DNA of 64,000 bases from Selaginella moellendorffii (taxonomy: Eukaryota > Plantae > Lycopodiophyta): assembly GCF_000143415.4 (NCBI RefSeq), contig NW_003314323.1, positions 438,499 through 502,498 on the forward strand, written 5' to 3'. The notes under the pieces are model-generated. The model saw nothing but the letters and a program-made list of their open reading frames with translations, had not been told where the DNA came from and searched no databases. A program made the position numbers and the translations under genes. Shown one piece after another: positions 63,758 to 64,000 of this stretch (the stretch's first letter is position 1; every line of letters begins with the position of its first letter).

Positions 63758-64000
63758 CACTCAAAGAACACAAAGTATCATTAACTGGCAAGAAGAATGT
63801 ATCACCCAAAAGAAATAACATTTAAATCTATCGAAACTAACAATAGTAACTATTAACAGAGCAAAATGAATATTGTAAGGGCTAATAAATGCTTGTTTAT
63901 GCAACCATCACACTAAGGAATCTAAATAAATCTTAGTTAATAACATAAAGGAACTAAAATTTACTTAAAAAAGTGTCAGCAACATCTTACTAACCAAAAG

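Overview
This is eukaryotic plant genomic DNA, most likely the lycophyte Selaginella moellendorffii. That is inferred from the 44-75 nt introns, very short intergenic distances and an actinobacterial-type GH25 lysozyme, not from a search. The window has three zones. (1) 1-18400 is an accessory, decaying zone: a broken GDSL-lipase pseudogene mosaic, an intact intronless secreted GH25 muramidase, a 100-N gap, a fossil PIF/Harbinger transposon, a collapsed LTR retroelement, a PPR fragment and a shattered LRR receptor-like protein (RLP) copy. (2) 18400-58000 is a dense gene block: intact LRR-RLP, RBL9-like rhomboid, DUF863 protein, about 4 kb of non-coding DNA with a P1BS-type motif cluster and an apparently spliced unannotated unit, RPS15A, LPA2, plastid SHMT, plastid ACP, a small conserved protein, an FAD monooxygenase, TRA1/TRRAP, an intronless Ser/Thr kinase, two tandem GDSL lipases and an SCL-type SR splicing factor. 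(3) 58000-64000 is a mosaic of LTR fragments from the same family as 7.1-8.9 kb. The most notable leads are the horizontally acquired lysozyme with a Cys-rich insert and RxLL pro-segment, the six-site GAATATNC cluster upstream of the DUF863 gene, the cryptic multi-exon unit at 30.2-31.2 kb, and the RLP pseudogene that records deletions, an inversion and filler DNA. Exon boundaries were read by eye.
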